This document shows, one piece after another, positions 27,994 to 37,196 of a DNA stretch of 64,000 bases (positions are counted from its first letter, which is position 1; each line of letters starts with the position of its first letter). Source of the DNA: a virus (Duplodnaviria > Caudoviricetes). The stretch is taken from positions 29,553 to 93,552 of the IMG/VR virus record IMGVR_UViG_3300014204_000141, one strand, 5' to 3'. The notes below the pieces were generated by a model. It was given only the letters and a program-made list of their open reading frames with translations. It ran no database searches and was not told where the DNA came from. Both the position numbers and the translations under genes were made by a program.

Positions 27994-30007
27994 TGGTAGA
28001 GAACTAAATAATTATTCTGGTATACACTATACCGGACTTTCAACTGATACTAAACCTGAATACGCGTATGTTATTAATGGAAGTACGTTTTGGGAAGAAG
28101 ATACGCCTCGTATATGGTTGCGTGTAAACAGCGTCTGGATTTTACAAAATGGATTATCAGGGTACTCGGGTTGGAGTGGTTATTCTGGTTTGAATGGATT
28201 AAGCGGCTATTCAGGACTTAATGGTTTAAGTGGTTGGTCAGGTTCAAGTGGATATAGTGGATTATCGGGTTATAGTGGTTACGGTGGATACTCTGGTTAC
28301 AGTGGAATAAATGGATATTCAGGTTATAGCGGATTTTCAGGATTTAGCGGTTTTTCTGGTTTAAGTGGTTACTTAGGATATAGTGGATACAGTGGTTTTT
28401 CGGGTCAAAGTGGTTGGAGTGGATATTCGGGTATTAATGGAGCAAGTGGATTATCAGGGTATTCCGGGCTAAGTGGATTTTCTGGTTTATCAGGTTACTC
28501 AGGAATCGATGGATTGAGTGGTTACAGTGGCGTATCCGGCGAATCGGGCCATTCTGGAACCAGTGGTTATAGCGGATTGTCTGGTTATTCGGGTATCAGC
28601 GGATTTTCAGGATTTAGCGGTTTGTCGGGAATTGATGGTATAAGTGGTTGCTCAGGTTATAGCGGTATATCAGGCTTTAGTGGTATTAGTGGTTATTCTG
28701 GAATAAGTGGATTTTCTGGCGAAAGCGGGTATAGTGGTATATCAGGATGGAGCGGTTACTCAGGATACAGTGGTTTATCAGGTTACTCTGGTCAAGATGG
28801 TTTGTCAGGTTATTCTGGTATCTCTGGATATTCTGGTATTGATGGTTCCAATGGAGAACAAGGACTATCAGGTTTAAGTGGATATTCAGGTACATCTGGC
28901 TATTCAGGTATAAATGGTTTATCCGGTGTTAATGGGTCAAATGGAATTTCTGGTTACAGTGGAATAAGTGGTTATTCTGGTATAGAAGGTCTGAGTGGCA
29001 TTTCAGGATATAGTGGTATGTCTGGTTATTCAGGAGTAGATGGTGAACAAGGGTTGTCAGGTTTTAGCGGGGAAGTGGGTGTTTCAGGTTATTCGGGAAC
29101 ATCTGGATTTAGCGGTTACTCTGGTTTTAGTGGATTATCTGGTATAGACGGTCAATCTGGATATAGTGGTATATCAGGATTTTCTGGAATAAATGGGTTA
29201 AGCGGATATTCAGGGGTAGATGGTGTAAATGGTGAACAAGGCTTATCTGGTTTTAGCGGTTATTCTGGTATCGATGGTCAATCTGGATTGTCTGGGTTTA
29301 GTGGTTTGTCAGGTTATTCGGGTGTTAATGGGCTTTCTGGATACTCTGGAATAGATGGTTTAAGTGGATATTCTGGCGATTCAGGTATAAGTGGTTGCTC
29401 AGGTTATAGCGGTTATTCGGGAATAGATGGTTCAAATGGTGAAGAAGGTTTGAGTGGGTGCTCGGGTTATAGTGGGATCAGTGGATGGTCAGGCATAGAC
29501 GGTGTAAACGGTGAACAGGGTTTGTCAGGATACAGTGGTCAAAATGGATTAAGTGGATACTCTGGTCTCAGTGGTTATTCGGGATTAAATGGTTTATCAG
29601 GTATTGATGGTTTATCTGGTTACAGTGGTTTCAGCGGATATTCTGGCCTGTCTGGTTATAGTGGTACTTCTGGGACAAATGGTTTGTCAGGTTATTCCGG
29701 TATTGATGGTGTAAATGGCGAACAAGGTTTATCAGGTTACTCAGGAATTAGTGGTTATAGTGGGTTATCAGGTTTTTCTGGATATTCTGGTATTGATGGT
29801 TCCAATGGAGAACAAGGAATATCAGGTTATTCTGGACTTGATGGTGTAAATGGAAACAACGGGTCTAGTGGCTATTCCGGAATATCAGGTTACAGTGGAT
29901 ACTCAGGTATTTCAGGATTATCAGGATTTTCTGGTTATTCTGGTATTTCAGGATATAGTGGTATTAATGCGGGGGGATATGCATATACATGGTTTATGTG
30001 TAATTAA
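27977..30007 (+). CDS. Gly-X-Ser repeat fibre-like protein
   Basis: Short N-terminal domain (GLSTDTKP...NGSTFWEEDT...W) followed by ~200 G-X-(S/N/D/Q) triplets. Confidence 0.85.
   Translation: MIRRYDGRELNNYSGIHYTGLSTDTKPEYAYVINGSTFWEEDTPRIWLRVNSVWILQNGLSGYSGWSGYSGLNGLSGYSGLNGLSGWSGSSGYSGLSGYSGYGGYSGYSGINGYSGYSGFSGFSGFSGLSGYLGYSGYSGFSGQSGWSGYSGINGASGLSGYSGLSGFSGLSGYSGIDGLSGYSGVSGESGHSGTSGYSGLSGYSGISGFSGFSGLSGIDGISGCSGYSGISGFSGISGYSGISGFSGESGYSGISGWSGYSGYSGLSGYSGQDGLSGYSGISGYSGIDGSNGEQGLSGLSGYSGTSGYSGINGLSGVNGSNGISGYSGISGYSGIEGLSGISGYSGMSGYSGVDGEQGLSGFSGEVGVSGYSGTSGFSGYSGFSGLSGIDGQSGYSGISGFSGINGLSGYSGVDGVNGEQGLSGFSGYSGIDGQSGLSGFSGLSGYSGVNGLSGYSGIDGLSGYSGDSGISGCSGYSGYSGIDGSNGEEGLSGCSGYSGISGWSGIDGVNGEQGLSGYSGQNGLSGYSGLSGYSGLNGLSGIDGLSGYSGFSGYSGLSGYSGTSGTNGLSGYSGIDGVNGEQGLSGYSGISGYSGLSGFSGYSGIDGSNGEQGISGYSGLDGVNGNNGSSGYSGISGYSGYSGISGLSGFSGYSGISGYSGINAGGYAYTWFMCN
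28151..29975 (+). repeat. Coding 9-bp-period tandem repeat (Gly-X-Ser)n with diversified codons
   Basis: SGYSG/SGFSG/SGLSG/SGIDG units; exact internal DNA duplicates, e.g. 28823-28864 = 29777-29818 and 28637-28666 = 29384-29413. Confidence 0.95.
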
Positions 30008-30009
30008 TT

Positions 30010-30861
30010 ATGAATACATTAATTTTAGACGAAACAACAAAAACAATAAAAGTGAAAATGAGTGGCGCCGCGGCAACAACAAATCCAGATTTTATATCAT
30101 CATGGGCTGATAACAATGGATCCGTTTTTACAGAGGGGTCTAGTGATGGCGTTTTGAATGGTACTAATGATGTTGTATTAGTTGCGGCCCCGGGTGCAAG
30201 CACACGAAGAATTGTTAAATCTATAATAATAGAAAATAAAGACACTGCCGCCGTCACCTTAACTATAATGTACGATAATAATGGTTCGCAACGTAATATT
30301 GTAGTTGTAACATTAGCGGTTAAAGATACATGGACACTCAATGGGACATTTGATAGTAATGGAAATTTAAAACAAGCATTTGGCGGGTTAACTGATGTTG
30401 TCAATGACTTAACACCTCAACTAGGTGGAGAGTTAGACATCAATAGCAAAAACATAAAATTAAACGCCGCACCTGATAATGTAACTGCGACAGGCTTAAT
30501 AATAACAACAACTGTAGACACGAATGCTGAAGGCATTGGCGCTCCATTAATGATGGCTGCTGACGGCCATCTTGATACTGCAAATGCAACAGCTGTTGCA
30601 ACAGCACCTTGTGTCGCGCTTGCACTTGAAACTGGTACAGGTAGTAAGAAGATTTTATTATATGGTACTATAACACAAACCGATTGGAATTGGACAATAG
30701 GACCTGGTAAGGTTGGTTTTATATATTTAAATACTACAGTGGGAACACTAACACAAACACAACCAACAGCAACAGATAATGTAATTCAAATAGTTGGGTG
30801 GGCAATTACAGCAGATACAATGATGTTTTGTCCTCAACTTGATTATATAACACATGTTTAA
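30010..30861 (+). CDS. Fibre/decoration-type virion protein
   Basis: 'DLTPQLGGELDINSKNI' fibre motif; C-terminal 'YLNTTVGTLTQTQPT...QIVGWA' domain. Confidence 0.55.
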   Translation: MNTLILDETTKTIKVKMSGAAATTNPDFISSWADNNGSVFTEGSSDGVLNGTNDVVLVAAPGASTRRIVKSIIIENKDTAAVTLTIMYDNNGSQRNIVVVTLAVKDTWTLNGTFDSNGNLKQAFGGLTDVVNDLTPQLGGELDINSKNIKLNAAPDNVTATGLIITTTVDTNAEGIGAPLMMAADGHLDTANATAVATAPCVALALETGTGSKKILLYGTITQTDWNWTIGPGKVGFIYLNTTVGTLTQTQPTATDNVIQIVGWAITADTMMFCPQLDYITHV

Positions 30862-30875
30862 TTTGGAGTTTATTT

Positions 30876-31676
30876 ATGGCTTTAACCGACAACTTAATTT
30901 CGTACTGGAAACTTGATGAACCTTCTGGTGTAACAGCCACCGATGAAAAATCGGCTAATAATGGTGCCAATACAAACGCAACAGTAAATCAATCTGGCAA
31001 ACTTGGAACATCTTATTCTTTTGGCGGAACAGCTTATATAACTGTTGCCAATGAAAGTAATTTTGATTTTGATATTGGTAATACCTATTCATTTTCTGCA
31101 TGGGTATATTATACAACTGAAGTTGCCACCGGAAATTGTATTATATCTAAAAGATTATCTGGAAGTCCATATACGGGTATAAATTTTGGTATGTTTCCTC
31201 ATTCAACAAAACAAAAACTGGCACTATTACATTATCACTACAATGGGTCAACACACAAATATATATATTCAAGAGATACTGCTGAAATGACAAAAAATGC
31301 ATGGGTTCATGTTGTCGCGACATATGATGGTTCAGGAACAAAAGAAGGTATGAAATTATATAAAAATGGTACTGAGGTAACATATGTTTATGATGATTAT
31401 GGCCCTGTCGCAACCCTTTTGACTAATGAGCCAGTTAGGATAGGTGTTGATTTAGAATCAAATAGATATTTTAAAGGTTCTATTGATGAGGTGGGAGTAT
31501 GGAGTAAGGTTTTATCATCGTCTGAAGTAACCGCATTATACAACTCAGGAAATGGATTAACATATCCATTTGTAACAAGTAGTATAAAAACATTTAACGG
31601 TCTTGTGTATGCGTCAGTATCAAAAAAGAATGGTATCGTTTTAGCCAGTATAAAAAATGTGAATGGATTGGTATAG
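30876..31676 (+). CDS. LamG / concanavalin A-like (Laminin_G_3) domain protein
   Basis: 'LISYWKLDE', 'YSFSAWV', 'WVHVVATYDG...KLYKNG', 'FKGSIDEVGVWSKVLSSSEVTALYNSG'. Confidence 0.9.
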   Translation: MALTDNLISYWKLDEPSGVTATDEKSANNGANTNATVNQSGKLGTSYSFGGTAYITVANESNFDFDIGNTYSFSAWVYYTTEVATGNCIISKRLSGSPYTGINFGMFPHSTKQKLALLHYHYNGSTHKYIYSRDTAEMTKNAWVHVVATYDGSGTKEGMKLYKNGTEVTYVYDDYGPVATLLTNEPVRIGVDLESNRYFKGSIDEVGVWSKVLSSSEVTALYNSGNGLTYPFVTSSIKTFNGLVYASVSKKNGIVLASIKNVNGLV

Positions 31677-31686
31677 GAGACAAACT

Positions 31687-32028
31687 ATGAATGTTATTTC
31701 GTCAAATGCTGTAGAAGGGTTTTTTATAGCATGTTCTTCATGTGGTATAGAGGGTGGACTCCATTACATATCACAAAACCTGATTGTAATAGGATCAATT
31801 ATTATTCCTTTGATATGGTTTGTTATGGAAAAAATCAAAGAAAAGTTTCCGAATTGGAATAAAAAAGCATGGGCTCCGCCGGTTATCGGAATGATTTTGT
31901 TTAGTGCTACGGGTTTAGTAAACGGTCAAATAGAAACAAGTTGGTATTCATTAATAAGTTATATTGTATCAGGTGCTGTTTCAGGAGGGCTCGCATCTTC
32001 CATTAGAGATGTTGTTAAAGGAAAATAA
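31687..32028 (+). CDS. Small multi-pass membrane protein (holin-like)
   Basis: Three hydrophobic segments; AGGAGA RBS. Confidence 0.5.
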   Translation: MNVISSNAVEGFFIACSSCGIEGGLHYISQNLIVIGSIIIPLIWFVMEKIKEKFPNWNKKAWAPPVIGMILFSATGLVNGQIETSWYSLISYIVSGAVSGGLASSIRDVVKGK

Positions 32029-32102
32029 ACATACAGATTCGGGTTAATATTTATCTACTATATATGTGAAGACGTTAAAACTACAAAGGATAGGTGTATC
32101 AT

Positions 32103-32519
32103 ATGAATTCTGAAATTGAACAAGCGACAAACGATGCTGTAAAACTTATTGCTAAAGCAGCCGAGGATGCCGCTAAAGTCATATCTTCTACCGCATTTGA
32201 AGTTGTGCAAAATAATAGAGGTGGAAATGATCACGATTTGATTGTTGAGTTGCGAGTAAGAATGGAGGATTTGAAACTCGCTATAAAAGATCTTACTGAT
32301 GGAACATCAAAACGTATTGAGAGTTTGGAATGTAACAAATTGAATATTAAAGATTCGTATCCTGTTGTCTATAAAACTGGTATTGAAAATACTATCAATG
32401 ACCATGAGGGTAGACTTAGAAAAAATGAGGTTAATATTACTAAAATATTAACATATGGTTCGGTATTGGTTGTTCTTATACCTATAGCTGAACGTTTAAT
32501 AGTATCATTTTTTAAATAA
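32103..32519 (+). CDS. Coiled-coil protein with C-terminal TM segment
   Basis: Heptad-like region, then 'ILTYGSVLVVLIPIA'. Confidence 0.55.
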   Translation: MNSEIEQATNDAVKLIAKAAEDAAKVISSTAFEVVQNNRGGNDHDLIVELRVRMEDLKLAIKDLTDGTSKRIESLECNKLNIKDSYPVVYKTGIENTINDHEGRLRKNEVNITKILTYGSVLVVLIPIAERLIVSFFK

Positions 32520-32520
32520 T

Positions 32521-33060
32521 ATGAAAAAATTTTTGAGTGTTATTATTATGGTTTTGTTATGTGTTAACTTATGTTATTGTTCTGTTTTTACTACTGTCGC
32601 AAAGGTCATAGGTTCGTTTTTTGGTATCGCTAGTAAAGGTGAAGTCACACAACTTCAAAACAGCACATCGAAAAATTTTTCTGATATACAAACAGGTATT
32701 AACAATAACAACATAAAATTGAAAACTGATATATTAACAGAAATTAATAGTAAGATCATACCTCAAATTGGTATGGGAAATTCGTCTGTTGTTACAGATA
32801 ATAAAACTAGCGTTGGTGGTAGTATTATAACACAAAATGATGCATCTATCATGCAACAATATATATCTTCTATTTCAAATATATGTGCGGGTTTGTTTAT
32901 TGTTATTATTGTTCTTGTCAGTCTTCTCGCATATTTTATAGCTAAATTTTTTGCCTTGCGCCTATATAAAACTAATCTTGAGGCATCAAAACGAAAGTGG
33001 GAAGGCTGGTACAATTGTTTGGAAAAAAAATATATAGAAATTTTAAAAAAATCAAAATGA
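32521..33060 (+). CDS. Signal-peptide + TM membrane protein
   Basis: N-terminal MKKFLSVIIMVLLC; second TM 'ICAGLFIVIIVLVSLLAYFIA'. Confidence 0.6.
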   Translation: MKKFLSVIIMVLLCVNLCYCSVFTTVAKVIGSFFGIASKGEVTQLQNSTSKNFSDIQTGINNNNIKLKTDILTEINSKIIPQIGMGNSSVVTDNKTSVGGSIITQNDASIMQQYISSISNICAGLFIVIIVLVSLLAYFIAKFFALRLYKTNLEASKRKWEGWYNCLEKKYIEILKKSK

Positions 33061-33761
33061 AAAAGTATGTAATTTTTTCCGATTTTCATGCCGGCGACAA
33101 TTCTGCGGCAGATAATTTTGGTGTATCGCATTGGAACACCGTAAAAGAATACATTGATTATTATATTAATAATGGTTACATTGTAATTCTAAACGGAGAT
33201 ATTCTTGAAGGTCTTCAATTTAAGTATTCGGTTATCGCAAAAAAATATCCGGGTTTAATTGAATTGTTAAGAAAACCATATGTTGTTGTTGTGAGAGGCA
33301 ATCACGATGAAGATGCATTAAAAAAATTAGGCATTTTTTTTGTAAAAGAATTTACTATAGATAAAACGTTATTGGTGTATCATGGAGATGTATATGACCA
33401 CCCCATGAACACCAAAATTGTTAGTCTGGCCCTACACATTTATAGATGGTTTGAATGCGGAATTGCTTTTGTTTTGGGTAAGGACATGCCCAATAAGATA
33501 GCAGACACACCAATTACACCTACAGATCCCAGATATAAAGGCAATAAATCCGAATACATACAGGGTGCAAAAAACCGAGGTATTGAAGAAAACTTTAAAG
33601 TCGTTGTTTTAGGTCATACCCATGAACCTGGTTCTTTTGATTATGCCAATGTAAAGGTTTTAAATTCAGGAACATGCCAATGTAATCACTGTATGTGTGT
33701 AACTGTAGAAATATATGATAATGGTGATATTAATTCTGAACTCAATGTGGTAAGAGGATGA
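33057..33761 (+). CDS. Calcineurin-like metallophosphoesterase (LpxH-like)
   Basis: SDFH, NGDILE, GNHD, HGD, GHTH, NSG motifs; ATGA overlap at 33057. Confidence 0.85.
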   Translation: MKKYVIFSDFHAGDNSAADNFGVSHWNTVKEYIDYYINNGYIVILNGDILEGLQFKYSVIAKKYPGLIELLRKPYVVVVRGNHDEDALKKLGIFFVKEFTIDKTLLVYHGDVYDHPMNTKIVSLALHIYRWFECGIAFVLGKDMPNKIADTPITPTDPRYKGNKSEYIQGAKNRGIEENFKVVVLGHTHEPGSFDYANVKVLNSGTCQCNHCMCVTVEIYDNGDINSELNVVRG

Positions 33762-33762
33762 T

Positions 33763-34041
33763 ATGTATAAGAAACACCTGCCAAATCCAAATTTAAAAAC
33801 TGAAAAAGCTGAAATTATTGTAAACGGAATAGAAGTTTTTACTATTTCTTTTGACAAGTTAGAAGAAATTGATTGGATAGATGCGGATGCTGTGCCTAAA
33901 ATCAAATTCATATCATTTTTAGAAAACTTAGATAAAAAAATTCATACGACATGGGAAGACGATTGTCTTATATTTGATATTCTTGATCAGGGATTGAGTT
34001 TTTATAATAATTTTTATGAGTCAGGGGAAGACGACATATAG
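33763..34041 (+). CDS. Hypothetical protein
   Basis: GAGG RBS; fills operon. Confidence 0.55.
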   Translation: MYKKHLPNPNLKTEKAEIIVNGIEVFTISFDKLEEIDWIDADAVPKIKFISFLENLDKKIHTTWEDDCLIFDILDQGLSFYNNFYESGEDDI

Positions 34042-34079
34042 TTAAAAAAATAATGCCGACCTGTATATAATATGTTATG
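34041..34079 (+). promoter_or_regulatory. Putative promoter GTTAAAAA-N17-TATAAT-N5-ATG (leaderless)
   Basis: GTTAAAAA 34041-34048, TATAAT 34066-34071, ATG 34077. Confidence 0.55.
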
Positions 34080-35606
34080 GTAGATAAAAGAGATTGTTAT
34101 ATTCAGGGAACATCCTCTCAAATTCAACATTTAATAACACCGAGTGGTATATATATTACACCCGGATATTTTTATCTTTATAATAGCGAGTTAGATGTAC
34201 CTACCAATGAAGAATATTATATTTTTGCTAATCCCAGTGGGTGCGCGATAACATCTGAAGACGGCAATTATTCAGATTTTCAAGTCGGATCAAACTTTTT
34301 TGTTATTGATTCTGAGACAGAATTATTTACAATGGACGATGTTGATGCGCACAAATACATAAAACTTGATTCTGATGTTTATGAAGATACTAAAAAAGTG
34401 TCTTGGGATTATGATATTGAATCCAATTCATATACTCCAGTTTTTGATTCGGGAATAATAGGAACATATTTTGTTTTTGATACGGAAACCGCTGTACAAA
34501 TATCGGAATATCCTCTTGATAAACAAAGTCTGGTTATAGATAACCATAATGAAGATGAAGTATATAAAGTCAGTGCTTATACAACATGGTTAACTACTAT
34601 AAGTGCTTTTACAATAGGTATAGATGTTGTTGCTGTTGTAGAAGATATTTATGGATATAGACTTAATGGAAAGAATGTAATTTGGTATGAGATTACTAAA
34701 ACAGATACGGGTTTGGTTGGTACGGCTTTAACAACAACTGTAACTGTTAATGGTGTTGCCCGGCTCGATACACCCTTAGTAACATCAGCAAATTCAGTAT
34801 ATGGTGTGTATTTATATGCAGAGTCTGAAGGGGTTAGATCTGATGTTATTCATATTGATACTAATGGTAGTGTTCAGGGAAAACCAACTGAGACTGTTTT
34901 TGAATTAGATAATGCAGGTGTGATATGGAATTCTGCCGAAGCCAGTATTGCTTTAGGTGTTGATATATGGAATGATGCTTGGACTGATACTACCAACAAT
35001 CTCGTTTCAACGGAATTGACAGAAGATGGTGAACCTCTAACCCGTGGTGATTGGCGTGTCGCAAATCCGGGAATGCGTAGACCACCTCTATCAGATCAAT
35101 CAGATAAAATAAAAAGTGAACCTTCAGGAATCTATAACGCTTATGATTTTTGGGATGATTATGATCCGTCGCAGACTTATGCATCACCAAGTGGGTTTAT
35201 GGAAGATAAATTTATTGCCTGTAATGGATTTTGGGGTCAGGTTATAATTACAGGTTATATGTTAAGAACAGCAACTTCTGCGCAACACCAGAATTGTCTA
35301 AATAATAGTACAGAGTCATATACAATTTCATACTCTATAGATGATAATGGACCTAATTACGATGGTTGTTCTGTATTTGGTAATAAAGGAAGTTTTGATG
35401 ATGTTATTGCTGATGCCGATCTTAATTTATATTATGTTTTATATGTTCCCAATCAATTAGTAAGACAATATAATACCATGCCGACACAATCATATTATTT
35501 TCGTGGGTTGGCAATGTTTAATTTTTTACAGAGTGGATCTAATGCGCTGTCTCAAAAATATACGTTTTCTAATTTATTTAGTCAAGCTGCATTAATAGGA
35601 GATTGA
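34077..35606 (+). CDS. Acidic virion protein, possible Ig-like segment (4 PSG motifs)
   Basis: 'VVAVVEDIYGYRLNGKNVIW...TVNGVA' is Big/invasin-like; structural context. Confidence 0.5.
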   Translation: MVDKRDCYIQGTSSQIQHLITPSGIYITPGYFYLYNSELDVPTNEEYYIFANPSGCAITSEDGNYSDFQVGSNFFVIDSETELFTMDDVDAHKYIKLDSDVYEDTKKVSWDYDIESNSYTPVFDSGIIGTYFVFDTETAVQISEYPLDKQSLVIDNHNEDEVYKVSAYTTWLTTISAFTIGIDVVAVVEDIYGYRLNGKNVIWYEITKTDTGLVGTALTTTVTVNGVARLDTPLVTSANSVYGVYLYAESEGVRSDVIHIDTNGSVQGKPTETVFELDNAGVIWNSAEASIALGVDIWNDAWTDTTNNLVSTELTEDGEPLTRGDWRVANPGMRRPPLSDQSDKIKSEPSGIYNAYDFWDDYDPSQTYASPSGFMEDKFIACNGFWGQVIITGYMLRTATSAQHQNCLNNSTESYTISYSIDDNGPNYDGCSVFGNKGSFDDVIADADLNLYYVLYVPNQLVRQYNTMPTQSYYFRGLAMFNFLQSGSNALSQKYTFSNLFSQAALIGD

Positions 35607-35607
35607 T

Positions 35608-37191
35608 ATGACTAGTAGAGATACCGTGGTTGATGTTTTGCGATTTTCAACATCAGAAATACCATCTTTTAATAAGATGAATACTTATAAAAATGCTATA
35701 TCAGCTTTAATTAAAAATATTGGTATTGATGAGTTGCTGTTGGATCCGTTAGCCGGAGCAATAAAAATAACCGGAACATCTATTAATACATATAAAGTTG
35801 GTATTGGTATTAGTAATAATCCCGAAGCGTACTTAACCATACGTGCCGGAAACATAGCCGGTGCGCCATTAAAATTTATCAGTAGTTTTAATAGTTATAA
35901 TAATGGTCTTCTTACCATACCAGAACCAGGTGCGGTTGAATATGAGGGTACGAATCTGTTTTTTACACCCACTACATTAGCGGGCAGGTGCAATGTTTTA
36001 TTGAACGGTTATGGATACACCGGAGGTCAGACTGTCGTTGGTGGAACTGCTGTAACAGATACATTAAAACTTCAAGGTACATCTGGTATAGGAGCACCAA
36101 CATCACCTGCAATTCAGGCTGTAGTTGGTAATAATGGTGCGACCACAGCTTGGACTGTATTAAATAATGGTTGGTTTGGTATAGGTCTTACCCCGGCTTT
36201 AGGTCGTTTAGATGTAGCGCCATTGGCCGATGATGGCAGTAACGCCATTGTTGTTACGGGTTCAACAACACATTTGGGTATGATTGTTTTGAGTCAAGAA
36301 ACTCTTAATACTGGCACAATAAAATTGTACAGTGGAACTGGAACGCCAACATTAGGCGTGCAATTATCCGGTGGTTCGGCTAATTCATATATTAATGGCG
36401 GTGGTTGGTTTGGTATAGGTACAGATGAGCCTCAAGGGAATTTGGATATTTTAGCACCACAAGTTACCAGAGAAATAACACCAAATCCAACCGGGACTCT
36501 AATTTTAAGGGGATATGGAGACCGGACGGCAAATTATGGAGCAAGTATAATATTTAAAGCACCAAATACAACTGAAATAAATTCACCTACTTTTGCTATG
36601 GCTGGTATATATGGGGTTGCTGAGACTACCGATGTTGGCGGTGGTGCAGCCAATGGTGCTTTATGCTTTCATACATCAGCATATTTTCCTGCTCATGGTA
36701 TATGGCATTTAGAAGAAAGAATGCGGATATCAGCTGCGGGTTATGTTGGAATTGGTACCACATCTCCAGCATCACTTCTTTCTGTTGGTAACAATGCATT
36801 TAATGTTGATGAAAATGGTGCGGTTGTCTCATATAATAGTGTTGGTCATGTGTTTTTTACAGGACATCAATCAGGTACATCGTATAACGACAGCATAAAC
36901 GCCATTTTTGAAGCCATAACTGATAATGATTCTGCTACTGATAGTAATACATTTTTTAGAGGCATTAAAAATTCTGCAGTGACATTTAGTGTTAGGTCTG
37001 CGGGTATAGGTTATTTTGCTGACAGTGTTGGAATAGGCACGTCCAATCCATCAAGTAAATTACAGGTCGTTGGGTTATCGCCATACACATCAAACACCGC
37101 TGCTAAAACAGCGGGTCTTTCCGTGGGAGCATTTTATTACCACGCTTTGGATAATTATAATAATAATTATGTAGTTTGCGTTGTAGTTTAA
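35608..37191 (+). CDS. Tail fibre protein with (V/F)GIGT repeats
   Basis: Repeated 'GWFGIGT', 'ERMRISAAGYVGIGTTSP', 'VGIGTSNPSSKLQV'. Confidence 0.75.
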   Translation: MTSRDTVVDVLRFSTSEIPSFNKMNTYKNAISALIKNIGIDELLLDPLAGAIKITGTSINTYKVGIGISNNPEAYLTIRAGNIAGAPLKFISSFNSYNNGLLTIPEPGAVEYEGTNLFFTPTTLAGRCNVLLNGYGYTGGQTVVGGTAVTDTLKLQGTSGIGAPTSPAIQAVVGNNGATTAWTVLNNGWFGIGLTPALGRLDVAPLADDGSNAIVVTGSTTHLGMIVLSQETLNTGTIKLYSGTGTPTLGVQLSGGSANSYINGGGWFGIGTDEPQGNLDILAPQVTREITPNPTGTLILRGYGDRTANYGASIIFKAPNTTEINSPTFAMAGIYGVAETTDVGGGAANGALCFHTSAYFPAHGIWHLEERMRISAAGYVGIGTTSPASLLSVGNNAFNVDENGAVVSYNSVGHVFFTGHQSGTSYNDSINAIFEAITDNDSATDSNTFFRGIKNSAVTFSVRSAGIGYFADSVGIGTSNPSSKLQVVGLSPYTSNTAAKTAGLSVGAFYYHALDNYNNNYVVCVVV

Positions 37192-37196
37192 ACAAA

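Noticed and set aside
28151-29975. Ice-nucleation protein, classical collagen, or a DNA-level VNTR/CRISPR
   Set aside because: Lacks the AGYGST 8/16-residue period and Pro-rich GXY content; the DNA repeats are degenerate and coding, with no spacers.
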